Positions 41,528 to 51,200 of a DNA stretch of 64,000 nt are shown piece by piece. The DNA comes from Okeania sp. SIO1F9. GTDB lineage: Bacteria; Cyanobacteriota; Cyanobacteriia; Cyanobacteriales; Microcoleaceae. Below the pieces are notes generated by a model that searched no databases, was not told where the DNA came from, and saw only the letters and a list, made by a program, of their open reading frames with translations. The DNA lies in contig NZ_JAAHFW010000035.1 in NCBI RefSeq assembly GCF_010672745.1, forward strand, positions 8,973 to 72,972. Direction: 5' to 3'. The position numbers were made by a program, and so were the translations under genes. Each line of letters starts with the position of its first letter. The first letter of the stretch is position 1.

Positions 41528-42565
41528 GTGTTGGTAGTGCCTAATTTATCATTTGGCAAAATTGCAAAGTTTTCGGTTTCTATCAGAATAGGAATTTTTA
41601 TTTTAACATTATTTCTGGGTTGGATACCACTAGCAGCACCAATATATTTTTTTGGGCGAGATGCAAATTTAGCGAGTATATTGGCGATCGCTCTATTATA
41701 TATAGAGTTTATTATTTTAGTCCAGTTTTGGGGAAAGAAAGTTTATCAACAACCACACCTACTACGTCACTACGGTTTAGAAATAAGTAGGGTCAACTTT
41801 CAGAATTTTTTTCAAGGTTTAGGAATAGGTTTAGTTAGTCTGTTTGGTTTTTTTATTTTAGAAACGTTTCTGGGATGGGTAATATGGCAGTCACCTTCAG
41901 CAAAGTTACCTCAATTTATTCTGGAAGGTTTATTGGTATCTGTGGGTATTGGTTTTGCTGAGGAGTTACTATTTCGAGGGTGGTTATTGGATGAGTTGGA
42001 GCGAGACTACAAACCAAAAGTAGCTTTGTGGGTAAGTAGTATTGTGTATGCCTTACTACACTTTATTAAACCAGTTGAGGAAATTTTGCGGATTTGGTTT
42101 CAGTTTCCTGGTTTGGTGTTGTTAGGTTTAATCTTTGTTTGGGCAAAACGTGGATCAGTTGAAGAAGGAAGAAGGAAGAAGGAAGAAGGAAGAAGGCATC
42201 CCCCCTTGCCCCCCTTTGAAAGGAAGAAGGAAGAAGGCATCCCCCCTTGCCCCCCTTTGAAAGGAAGAAGGAAGAAGTGGATGGTGACTCAAAACCCAAC
42301 TAATTATCAACACCGTGTAGATAGCGGGGTATTAAACCTAAAAGAAAAAGATAAATTGATTTCTTCTCAACAAGAATTATTGGGTTTGCCTATTGGTATT
42401 CATGCTGGTTTTGTGTGGGGTTATTACATTATTAATGTGGGTGGTTTAGTTAAGTATTCTAGTGTAGTTGGAGAGTGGATAGTTGGGATAAATGGTAATC
42501 CTTTGGCAGGTGTAATGGGGTGGTTTTTTTTAGGGGCGATCGCTTTGTTTATTCAGCGAAAGTGA
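41528..42565 (+). CDS. CPBP-family (CAAX) intramembrane metalloprotease carrying an in-frame ~195-bp repeat insertion
   Basis: The 'EELLFRGWL' motif 1 and 'ALLHF' are present. Codons 213-278 are encoded by (GAAGGAA)n STRR plus the GGGGTATTAAACC element. Confidence 0.65.
   Translation: MLVVPNLSFGKIAKFSVSIRIGIFILTLFLGWIPLAAPIYFFGRDANLASILAIALLYIEFIILVQFWGKKVYQQPHLLRHYGLEISRVNFQNFFQGLGIGLVSLFGFFILETFLGWVIWQSPSAKLPQFILEGLLVSVGIGFAEELLFRGWLLDELERDYKPKVALWVSSIVYALLHFIKPVEEILRIWFQFPGLVLLGLIFVWAKRGSVEEGRRKKEEGRRHPPLPPFERKKEEGIPPCPPLKGRRKKWMVTQNPTNYQHRVDSGVLNLKEKDKLISSQQELLGLPIGIHAGFVWGYYIINVGGLVKYSSVVGEWIVGINGNPLAGVMGWFFLGAIALFIQRK
42166..42360. repeat. STRR (GAAGGAA)n plus a 38-bp direct duplication plus a 'GTGGATGGTGACTC...GGGGTATTAAACCTAAAAGAAAAAGATAAATTGA' element, inserted in frame inside the CPBP gene
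   Basis: This is the same element family as 4440-4530 and 12600-12652. 'GAAGGAAGAAGGCATCCCCCCTTGCCCCCCTTTGAAAG' is duplicated in tandem. Confidence 0.7.
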
Positions 42566-42794
42566 ATTGGTATAACCTAGAGGTAGTTATAGTCATTTAA
42601 CTTTAGATTGAGACAAAGCTTTCTTGCTATGAGGGAGTTTCAGACGAAAAAACGTCTCATTTTTAAGTTAAACTACTATATATCATGTCTGGATAATAGC
42701 GTTCTGATTCAATATCAAATTGCTAATAGCTATAATGCTTATAGAACAAGTTTTTTGGGGAATTTATAATTTATAAAGCGACAAGTCTAATATT

Positions 42795-44168
42795 TTATAC
42801 AGTTGCAACAGAGGGAGGTTTTGTTTGTGACAGTATGCGTTTAGCTTTCATCAGCATTTTTACTCCTCCCTTGGGTCCTAAAGTTACTCCTCGACGTTGG
42901 GGTTTTACAGGTTGATTTTCTGCTAATTCCATCTCGAAATTAGATAATAGAGTTGCCAATACCAAGCGCATCTCAAAATCTGCTAGTGCCATTCCCAAAC
43001 AGCGACGACTGCCACCTCCAAATGGCAAATATTCATAGGGAGAAAACTTCTTCTCCAAAAATCGCTCTGGCTTAAACTTTTTCGGTTCTGGGTACAAATC
43101 TTCTCGTTGGTGAGTCAAATAAATAGAACCACGAATTGTTGTATCTGCTTCCAAGTGATAACCCTGCAACTCAACAGGTTGTTTTGTCCGACGAGGAAAT
43201 GTCATAACTACTACTGGATATATTCGTAAGGTTTCCTGACAAACTGCTGTGAGATAGGGTAAACGGAATATTGTCATGGGTTCAGCATCTATTTCCAGAG
43301 TTGTCAACTCTTCGATCAACTTTTGATACACTTGTGGTTGTTTATGAACCCAATAAACTGCCCAAGCTAGAGCTGTTGCAGTGGTTTCGTGACCAGCCAA
43401 TAACAATGTCATCAACTCATCCCGAATTTCTTGGTCTGTCATACCTTGACCTTCTTCATCTTGTGCTAATAGCATTAAGGTCAAGATATCAGTACGATTT
43501 GGATCTAGTTGAGAGCGGCGAGTGGCAATTTCTGTATATAGGAGTTCATTAAGTTTTTGTTGTTGACGCTGATACTTACCCCAAGGACTCCAAGGGCCTA
43601 AATCCTTTTGCAACCAGGGAAAAAATAATAAACTAGCTCGGAGTGGAGAAGCTGTGAGTTCAAGAAAATCTGTCAACATTGACCTAATTTGTGATAAGCG
43701 GGGGCTATCATATAGACCAAAAACAGTTTGGAGTATCACCTGCATCGTAATTTCTTGCATCAGTTTACGGGCAATAAATGTTTTACTCACTGTTAAGTTG
43801 CTGGCTACTTCTTTGGTGATGTTACAGATTAAATCACCATAGTTCCGCATTCTGTTGCCATGAAAGGGAGGCATTAATAATTTGCGTTCTCGACGGTGGC
43901 GATCACCTTCTAAGCAAGAAATTGAGTATTCCCCAAACACTGATTGTAAAAGTTTATTAGCAGGAACTTCATACTCATTATTATCCTTTGTCAATACCTC
44001 CTGCAAAGTTTGCGGACTGCTGACGAAGACAACTTCACCTACAGAAGTCATCATAGTAAAAATATCTCCATACTTCTTGGCATAAGATTCAAGAGTACTG
44101 AGTGGAGCGAGAACCAATTGCAGTCTCTGAAAAAGCGGTGGTGTTTTTGGTCCTTTGATTAATTTCAT
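42795..44168 (-). CDS. Cytochrome P450
   Basis: Heme-binding loop 'FGGGSRRCLGMALA', an 'ETLR' K-helix motif and the 'AGHETT' I-helix. Confidence 0.85.
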   Translation of the reverse strand: MKLIKGPKTPPLFQRLQLVLAPLSTLESYAKKYGDIFTMMTSVGEVVFVSSPQTLQEVLTKDNNEYEVPANKLLQSVFGEYSISCLEGDRHRRERKLLMPPFHGNRMRNYGDLICNITKEVASNLTVSKTFIARKLMQEITMQVILQTVFGLYDSPRLSQIRSMLTDFLELTASPLRASLLFFPWLQKDLGPWSPWGKYQRQQQKLNELLYTEIATRRSQLDPNRTDILTLMLLAQDEEGQGMTDQEIRDELMTLLLAGHETTATALAWAVYWVHKQPQVYQKLIEELTTLEIDAEPMTIFRLPYLTAVCQETLRIYPVVVMTFPRRTKQPVELQGYHLEADTTIRGSIYLTHQREDLYPEPKKFKPERFLEKKFSPYEYLPFGGGSRRCLGMALADFEMRLVLATLLSNFEMELAENQPVKPQRRGVTLGPKGGVKMLMKAKRILSQTKPPSVATV

Positions 44169-44891
44169 ATAGTTACTTGTGAATTTTTGGACTGTTTAAT
44201 ATTAGAAGTTAACAATAGCATTTTATCAGTTTTTTTGTCTCAAATTCAATGCCCTAGTGTTAGACAAATTTTTATGTTGGCGACTGCCGTTTGCGTAGCA
44301 TTCTGTAGGAAAATAATTAATAATTAATTATTACTTATCTTTGGCCAAGTTCTTTACATTGAAAAAGTTTGATCGACCAAGAGAAGAAAAAATTTTCATT
44401 ATTAGTCAATCCTCTTCTTTTCAAGTAGAGGTAATTATTAATTATAGCAATTCCCAAGAAGCGTGAGGTACGCGCATTCGTTGGTTCTAGGGAATAGGGA
44501 ACAGGGAATAGGGAATAGGAGACAAATCAAGATAGGTGTACTTCATTAGGTTGAGAAAAGCTATATTAATTATTAATTGTTGAAAGATACCCTCTAGTAA
44601 TTATTGCTCTGCTGATTAAATCTCAAAGCATTGATATATAAAGATATTAGCCTTTTTTAGCTGGAAATACCTGGTTTTGATCCCTTCACGCTCATGCATG
44701 GAGCGCATTTTGGGGTGACTATGGCAGAAAAATCACTCTTGCTATAATGAACAACCACCTTCTCTATAACTCCCTCGTTCCTCCTGACTCTTAACTACTC
44801 CCTACTCCCTACTCCCTACCTCAACAAAAAGACTTTCCATAAGCAAACCCTAATTAGTATTAGAAGGTAGAGAGTTGAAGCGTCATAAAAT

Positions 44892-45836
44892 TCAGATATC
44901 TTGTCTATTTCTGGCATCTAAAAATTTTAATTGTTGATACAACATCCCAATTTTATCTAGCTGAATACCTGCTGCACCTGCCATTCGTAAAGGGTTGCCA
45001 ATAATACTTTCTATTTCTAAAGGTTGTCGTCGCTCATAATCAATTTTCATGCTAGTTAAATAAGGGTTTAACTTGTCAGTATGGTCTAACATATTTTGAA
45101 TATAACTATTTGGAATTTCGCACTTACAACTTTTTGCACCCTCCAATACTTCTTGCATTATTTCTGTGATTAAGTTTCTAGTATTAGTATCTCCCATCAT
45201 TTCATCAGTTCGAGCATCTAGAATTACTGACAAGCTGTTATAAGGAATATTCCAAACTAATTTTTTCCATCTTTCTTGGAATAAATCTTCACTCAAATTA
45301 ACTTGTATTCCAGCACTTTCAAAATCTTGGGAAATTTCACGCATTTTATTAGTAATACCAGCAGGTTGATAATTTGTGGTATATTTTCCGATTCTAATCA
45401 AACCATAATCTACATGGCGAATATGACCATAACCTATTTTATTAGAAGCAATATTAGATACTCCTCCAATTACTCTTTCCTCACCAACAATTTTGGCTAT
45501 TTCAGGTTCTGTACCCAATCCATTTTGTAAGAGTAAGACAACGTTATTTTCTTGGCACAAAGGTGGGAGTAATTCTGGTAATAAATAGTTTTGCGTTGTT
45601 TTTAATGCTACGAGAATTACATCACATTTTGGCATTTTATTAGTATTGTTATAGGCGTTAATTTGAGGGAGGGTAAAGTCGCCATTTTTGGATTCTATGA
45701 TTAAGCCATTTTTGAGAACGTGCTGATAATCACTACGCAGTAAAAAATGAACTTCTAATCCTGCTTTTTGTAGTTTTGCACCGTAAAAACCTCCTAGTGC
45801 GCCACTGCCAATAATCGCGTAAGTATTTTTTGACAT
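44892..45836 (-). CDS. panE: 2-dehydropantoate 2-reductase (ketopantoate reductase, PanE/ApbA)
   Basis: N-terminal Rossmann 'YAIIGSGALGGFYGAKL' and the ApbA C-terminal domain. Confidence 0.7.
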   Translation of the reverse strand: MSKNTYAIIGSGALGGFYGAKLQKAGLEVHFLLRSDYQHVLKNGLIIESKNGDFTLPQINAYNNTNKMPKCDVILVALKTTQNYLLPELLPPLCQENNVVLLLQNGLGTEPEIAKIVGEERVIGGVSNIASNKIGYGHIRHVDYGLIRIGKYTTNYQPAGITNKMREISQDFESAGIQVNLSEDLFQERWKKLVWNIPYNSLSVILDARTDEMMGDTNTRNLITEIMQEVLEGAKSCKCEIPNSYIQNMLDHTDKLNPYLTSMKIDYERRQPLEIESIIGNPLRMAGAAGIQLDKIGMLYQQLKFLDARNRQDI

Positions 45837-46513
45837 TTTATTGAACTTAAATTCGACTCTGTTTCTATTTTATTGTAAGCATTTCCTACGGAATGCTGCG
45901 CAAACAGCTATTAGCTGTCAGCTCTCAACAACAAGACTCTCTCATATAGGACAGTGTTTAAATTAATATAGACTTTAAGGGCAAGGGAGCTAACTTTTGC
46001 AGTAAGACAATTAATAAAGCTTTTATCGTAAACTAAAAGCAATAGCTAATAGTTATGACTGACCGTTGAATGCTTCAATAAAAGTTTTATTTAAACTCTA
46101 TTATTAAGGGCGAAGTCTTAATTTTTTTTACTTCATATACTTGCATTTTGCTGTATTAAACTCAACTCTATCATTATTTTATCTGTTCAAATTTTTCAAC
46201 TTTAATTTTGCTACATGAATAGTCTTTCCATTATCCAGTTTAAAATTTTTCCTAAAGCAAATCCTCCTGCCAATGCTAAGAAAATATAATACAGTAGATT
46301 CCACTTTAATCAGATACACCCGTCGCTGGCAAGATGCCCGCACTAGAAACATTTAATTGTTAATCTCTGTACTTCTTATGGGAGGAATCTGCTGTAATTT
46401 ATATTTATAACTCCAGCTTAAGTTTCTAGAATGTTCTAAATAAAGAAAGATAGAAAAAAATAGCAGGCAAAAACAGTACTAAAACTAAAGTTATAGTGTT
46501 TATAAAAGTTATA

Positions 46514-46597
46514 GCAGTCGAAGGAAAGGTTAGGAGAAATAAAAAACTTAAAACTCAGACAAAGGAATATTTTTCCTTCTTCCCTCTTCCTTCTGCT
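46514..46597 (+). repeat. Copy 2 of the ~90-bp GTCGAAGGAAAGG...AAAACTCAGACAAAG element, immediately 3' of the thioesterase gene
   Basis: See 2966-3056. Confidence 0.6.
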
Positions 46598-46623
46598 ATA
46601 TACCAATTCCTAAAAATAATGCT

Positions 46624-47064
46624 CTACTTATATTCATTGTTAATTTTTGAATAACTAGGAAAACTCAATAACCATTTCCTCATTTCATCAGATAATTTTT
46701 GCCTACTTCTACTTTGAGGATGAATACAAACGTGCTTCGTAATAGCTCTTGCCCCCCACTTATCCTCTGTTTCTTTTAAAAAGACTTGATAGGAAATTTC
46801 AAACTCATCGTCTCTCCAACTTTTAGGAATTAATTCAATAGTTAACTCATCCCCACAAAACATCGGGCGACGAAAATCAACATTAGCATGAATAATTGGA
46901 ATAGCTATTTCTTGATTACTAAAAAAAACTTTCAGATTAATACCAAATTCTACTAAAGATGCTTCATAAGCTTCATGGCACATTGCTAAAACATTAGCAA
47001 AATAAACTACTCCAGCAGCATCGGTATCTTGAAAATGAACTATTCTTGTATAGTAAAAAGACAT
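46624..47064 (-). CDS. Hotdog-fold acyl-CoA thioesterase (4HBT/YbgC family). Possibly the DHNA-CoA thioesterase of phylloquinone synthesis.
   Basis: 'VHFQDTDAAGVVYFANVLAMCHEAYEASL' shows the 4HBT active-site Asp. Confidence 0.65.
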   Translation of the reverse strand: MSFYYTRIVHFQDTDAAGVVYFANVLAMCHEAYEASLVEFGINLKVFFSNQEIAIPIIHANVDFRRPMFCGDELTIELIPKSWRDDEFEISYQVFLKETEDKWGARAITKHVCIHPQSRSRQKLSDEMRKWLLSFPSYSKINNEYK

Positions 47065-47281
47065 TTATAGATATAGGTTTAATAATAATACCATTTCTCT
47101 ATGAATTTGCGCTGAATAAAAGATGATAATTATCAGAATAATAAGGTCAGGGCAAAAATTATTAAGTGCATCGTTACAAAGAAATGATATTAGATTGAAT
47201 AAAGTTTTAGGTAATAGGTATTAGGTTCAATTGAAGATTAAACTTTAACCAGTTATAGAAACCGTAAAGACAGTCATATTT

Positions 47282-47760
47282 TCTACACTTATAACCTGAC
47301 ACCTACCAGGAAGGGTAGGGAGGATAAATCATATATTTAGGAATTAGGCATTTTTGAGTTCTAAACACTACATATCTGTAACGTTATAGTTTTTCTCATT
47401 ATATATAGTCTGTTTACCTAAATTCGGAACTATAACGTTATAGTTTTTCTCGTTATATATAGTTTGTTGACCTAAATACTGATCGCCTGACAACTGCCAC
47501 TCAAGGAAGGTAGGGACAATAAATCATATATTTAGGACTTAAGTATTTTTGAGTTCTAGAGACTACATATCTGTAACGTTATAGTTTTTGCTCGTGATAT
47601 ATAGTCTGTTGACCTAAATACTGATCGCCTGACAACTGCCACTCAAGGAAGGTAGGGACAATAAATCATATATTTAGGAATTAGGGATTTTTGAGTTCTA
47701 GAGACTACATATCTGCAACGTTATAGTTTTTGCTCACCATATACATAATAGTAGTCGAAG
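47282..47760. repeat. Tandem array of ~3.5 copies of a ~130-bp unit ('CTGACAACTGCCACTCAAGGAAGGTAGGGACAATAAATCATATATTTAGGAMTTAGK..TTTTTGAGTTCTAGAGACTACATATCTGYAACGTTATAGTTTTTGCTCG..ATATATAGTCTGTTGACCTAAATACTGATCGC')
   Basis: Direct repeats at about 47282, 47500 and 47631. Copy 1 carries an internal duplication of the 'AACGTTATAGTTTTTCTC.TTATATATAGT' sub-motif. No unique spacers, so not a CRISPR. Confidence 0.7.
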
Positions 47761-47762
47761 CA

Positions 47763-47850
47763 AAGGGCACGGACATATCAAAAGCTGAAAACTAAGACAA
47801 TGCAAATTTTTTTGTCCTTCGCTCCTTCCTTCTTCCTTTTCTGAACAATG
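47763..47850 (+). repeat. Copy 3 (diverged) of the GTCGAAGSAAAGGG...AAAACTMAGACAATG element, immediately 3' of the TerB-like gene
   Basis: See 2966-3056. Confidence 0.5.
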
Positions 47851-47917
47851 AACAATCACTACAATAAAATTGAGTATTGTTCATTGAACATTCATCAGGA
47901 CTAATTTTGTAATTAAA

Positions 47918-48364
47918 TTAACCCTTATTTTTAATCATTATTACATCAATAATCTTAGTCGCTACTGCTTCGGAAATTTCCAAAGCATTATATAACTCAT
48001 TCAAAAGTTGTTCCTCCTCTTCAGCAAGGTCTCCATCTACTAAAACCAAGTCTGTACTAACAGCAAAAACTGTTTCCCTTAACTCCTTTGGAAGTTTAGC
48101 AACTGCAGCATCAAACAAAGGCTTAATTTCTTGATTTTTAATCATATCGAGAAGACGGTCTTGCATTTCTGTTTTACGTTCTTTTGGATAATCACTAAAC
48201 AGTTGCATACGAGAGAAAATATTATTAATACCTTGAGATTCACTCTTAGTAATAACACCATCAGCAGCAACAGCAATTAAAGCGATCGCTGCAAAAGCTT
48301 CTGCCGGTTCTAATTGAATATCAGTAGCTTGTATTGTTGTTGTTCCTTGATCGAAAAGACCCAT
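47918..48364 (-). CDS. TerB-like (tellurite-resistance TerB / DjlA-N-like) domain protein
   Basis: A helical bundle with the 'AALIAVAADGVITKSESQ' and 'DGDLAEEEEQLLNELYNAL' acidic pair typical of the TerB metal-binding domain. Confidence 0.5.
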   Translation of the reverse strand: MGLFDQGTTTIQATDIQLEPAEAFAAIALIAVAADGVITKSESQGINNIFSRMQLFSDYPKERKTEMQDRLLDMIKNQEIKPLFDAAVAKLPKELRETVFAVSTDLVLVDGDLAEEEEQLLNELYNALEISEAVATKIIDVIMIKNKG

Positions 48365-48478
48365 TTTAGTACCTCATTAATGATTTTTTTACCATCTCTA
48401 TTTTGGAAAAATATTAGGTGTTATTAAATAAGTTTTAGATTGAATCTACAACCTAAAATTTACCACCTACTACCTTCT

Positions 48479-49834
48479 TCAATACTTCTCAAAAACTGTT
48501 AAATTAGCTTTGAGAAAATCAATAAATTGTCGTGCCGTTCGCCCAGAGCGACCATTATATTTCGTAGCCCATTGTAAAGCTTGATAGTCTAAATCTTCAG
48601 GATTTAGATTAATTTTTGCCTGTTTTGCCAGATGTCTAACAATTGTTAAATAAGTATCCTGGTTAGCAGGTTCAAAAGTTAAAGTTAAGCCAAAGCGATC
48701 GCTAAAAGAAAGCTTTTCTTGAACTGTATCCCAATTATGAACCTCATCACTATCTTTTGGGCGAGGGCGATCGTTAAAAAATTCTCTAATTAAATGCCTT
48801 CTATTTGATGTAGCATAGACTACCACATTTGTTGGTCTAGCAGTTAAATTACCCTCTAAAACAACTTTAAGAGCTTTAAAAGTATCATCATCTTCTTCAA
48901 AGGAAAGGTCATCGACAAAGATAATAAATTTTTGTGGAATATCGCGTAATTTTTCTACAATTAATGGTAAATCTTTTAGGTTTGATTTAGCCACTTCGAC
49001 TAAACGAAGATTGCGTTGACTATACTCATTTAATAAGGCTTTTATTAAAGAGGATTTGCCAGAACCGCGACTACCATAAAGTAATATATTAAGGGCTGAA
49101 TATCCTGCTAGGAGAAATTCTGTATTTTTGATTAAGGCATCTTTTTGAAATTCATATCCGACCAATTCTTTTAATTCAACTGGGTCAGGGTAAGTAATAG
49201 TAAGTAGTTGACCGTTACGCCATTCAAAGGCAATTGATTCAGCAAATAAACCAGTGCCATTATGATGATAATGAGTGGCTAAGGTCTCAATGGCATCTGC
49301 CCAATTTTCTAATTTTTTTAACTCGTCGTAGATAGCTTCTTTTTGTTGTGATTGTATTTCCCACGCAATAGGGGGATTCTCTAATTTAGCTATTGTTTTT
49401 ACCCACTGACTAATTGTTTTACCACTGCACTGATAAAGATTTTGTAAAATTTGTAAATCATGTTTTGCAGCTGCAATTAAATTTGGAGATAGGCTGGTAA
49501 TATTTATTTTTTGAACTTGTTGACTAAAGGGATTATCATCTTGAATAATCTGAGCAATTAGATATTCTTGCCAGGAAATATTTTGACTAGCAATATTTAT
49601 AAACCAGTTACCATAAGCTTGAAGGCATTCTATAGCAACTCCATCATTTTTAGACAAAGATTCTAATAATTGGATAAAAGCTTCACCCACTGTTTTTTTT
49701 AGAACAGACTGATATAACAATAGAGATGCTATTTGCTGTTGTAAGTTTTGAATTTTGGCTAACACTTGGGAACCTAAACAAGACATAATTAATGATATGA
49801 TTGCCTTATTAAATAAAGGATCAGCACTTAGCAC
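48479..49834 (-). CDS. AAA-superfamily ATPase of the DUF815/COG2607 type
   Basis: C-terminal Walker A 'LLYGSRGSGKSSLIKAL' and Walker B 'IIFVDDLSFEEDDD'. The N-terminal ~230-aa domain is unknown. Follows the TerB gene by 115 bp on the same strand. Confidence 0.55.
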   Translation of the reverse strand: MLSADPLFNKAIISLIMSCLGSQVLAKIQNLQQQIASLLLYQSVLKKTVGEAFIQLLESLSKNDGVAIECLQAYGNWFINIASQNISWQEYLIAQIIQDDNPFSQQVQKINITSLSPNLIAAAKHDLQILQNLYQCSGKTISQWVKTIAKLENPPIAWEIQSQQKEAIYDELKKLENWADAIETLATHYHHNGTGLFAESIAFEWRNGQLLTITYPDPVELKELVGYEFQKDALIKNTEFLLAGYSALNILLYGSRGSGKSSLIKALLNEYSQRNLRLVEVAKSNLKDLPLIVEKLRDIPQKFIIFVDDLSFEEDDDTFKALKVVLEGNLTARPTNVVVYATSNRRHLIREFFNDRPRPKDSDEVHNWDTVQEKLSFSDRFGLTLTFEPANQDTYLTIVRHLAKQAKINLNPEDLDYQALQWATKYNGRSGRTARQFIDFLKANLTVFEKY

Positions 49835-50249
49835 TCAGCAATTAGTAGGAGCATTTTTTTTAGGTTTATAAGGGGATTTCAACTCCTACTAAACTATCTG
49901 AAACAATATTTGTTAGAGATTTTAACCCAAACTCAAAAAACTTTATAATAGCTGATAGCTTACCACTGGATACTTACCTATTTCTTTGGCGTAATGTAAA
50001 TCTATGTAATTCTATAATAAATTTTACTCTTTGTAGTTATAAACCACTATTTTTTTACATTTACTTAAGATGCAATTTAAGATCGAGAAATATTTCAAAA
50101 AATGTTATTGAATAGTTGAAAATTTCATTTTTAATCATAGTTTAATAATTATTGAATCTTGATTAAGCAATATTAAGTTTTGATAAATTGGCTAGCTATT
50201 GCCACAAATAAGCTGTATAAGTTAGTTTTAGTTTTAGGAGTTAATAATA

Positions 50250-50588
50250 ATGACTATAAATATCGCCATAATAGCAGCGATCGCCTATGGTATATTAGCC
50301 ATTGTTGGGGGCATTATTGGATATACGAAAGTAGGCAGCAAAATATCTTTAATATCTGGTAGTATCAGTGGTTTACTACTAATTGTTAGTGGAATTATTC
50401 AACTAATGGGCATGAATTGGGGTCTAATATTTTCTACCCTCATTACAACTATTCTAGTAATTACATTCATTATTCGTTTAGCAAAAACTCGTAAAATGAT
50501 GCCTGCGGGATTAATGATTTTAACTGGAGTTGCTGCTGTAGCAGTTATGGTTTATGAAATTACCATAAACAATTCAGCCACAATTTAA
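50250..50588 (+). CDS. Small four-transmembrane-helix protein, TMEM14-family-like
   Basis: Four hydrophobic helices. The 'GGIIGYTKVGS' / 'GSISG' glycine motifs resemble TMEM14/FAX-type proteins. 112 aa. Confidence 0.45.
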   Translation: MTINIAIIAAIAYGILAIVGGIIGYTKVGSKISLISGSISGLLLIVSGIIQLMGMNWGLIFSTLITTILVITFIIRLAKTRKMMPAGLMILTGVAAVAVMVYEITINNSATI

Positions 50589-51200
50589 AAAGAAACGTAA
50601 GTATTTAGCCGTCAGCTTTCAGCTCCATTAGAACTAATGACTATAGCCTTTAAAGCAGAAGTTACCATTGACAGATTTTATCTAATTAAAAATATGAATT
50701 AAAAGTTTCCCTAGTAACTTCTAAAGTCTTAAAAAATGCTTACTTCATTTATTAATCAAGATGAGAGCTGACCACTAATCACTGTTTGTGGAGCATTCAG
50801 GCACGGAAATCCTTATACCAATTTCATAAACTTGAGCTACTTAGGTTTGGAGTAGTCAGTAGTCAGTAGTCAGTAGTCAGGAGGTAAGGTGAGTAGCCTT
50901 ACTTTTTGAATTTGGTATTACAAAGAAACAAAGAATATGGAAGAGATAAAAAAGTAGAAACTTGCTCAATAGACATATAGATATCTCCAGAAAAGAGATA
51001 ACAGGTAACAGGAAGAAATAATAGAAATCATCAATTATTTCTCCCTACTCCCCTACTCCCCTACTCCCTGCTCCCTACTCCCTACTCCCTAAATTGGGAT
51101 TAATCAACCCATTAGCCGTACCAAAAAGATTAATTGGACTCTTACCATCAGTAATTAAAACACTCTGAAGACCAAGCCCCTACAACAACCTCGCCTGCAT

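Noticed and set aside
47282-47760. Possible CRISPR array
   Set aside because: The repeats are ~130 bp long and directly abut each other without unique spacers. There are no cas genes nearby. It is a tandem repeat, not a CRISPR.
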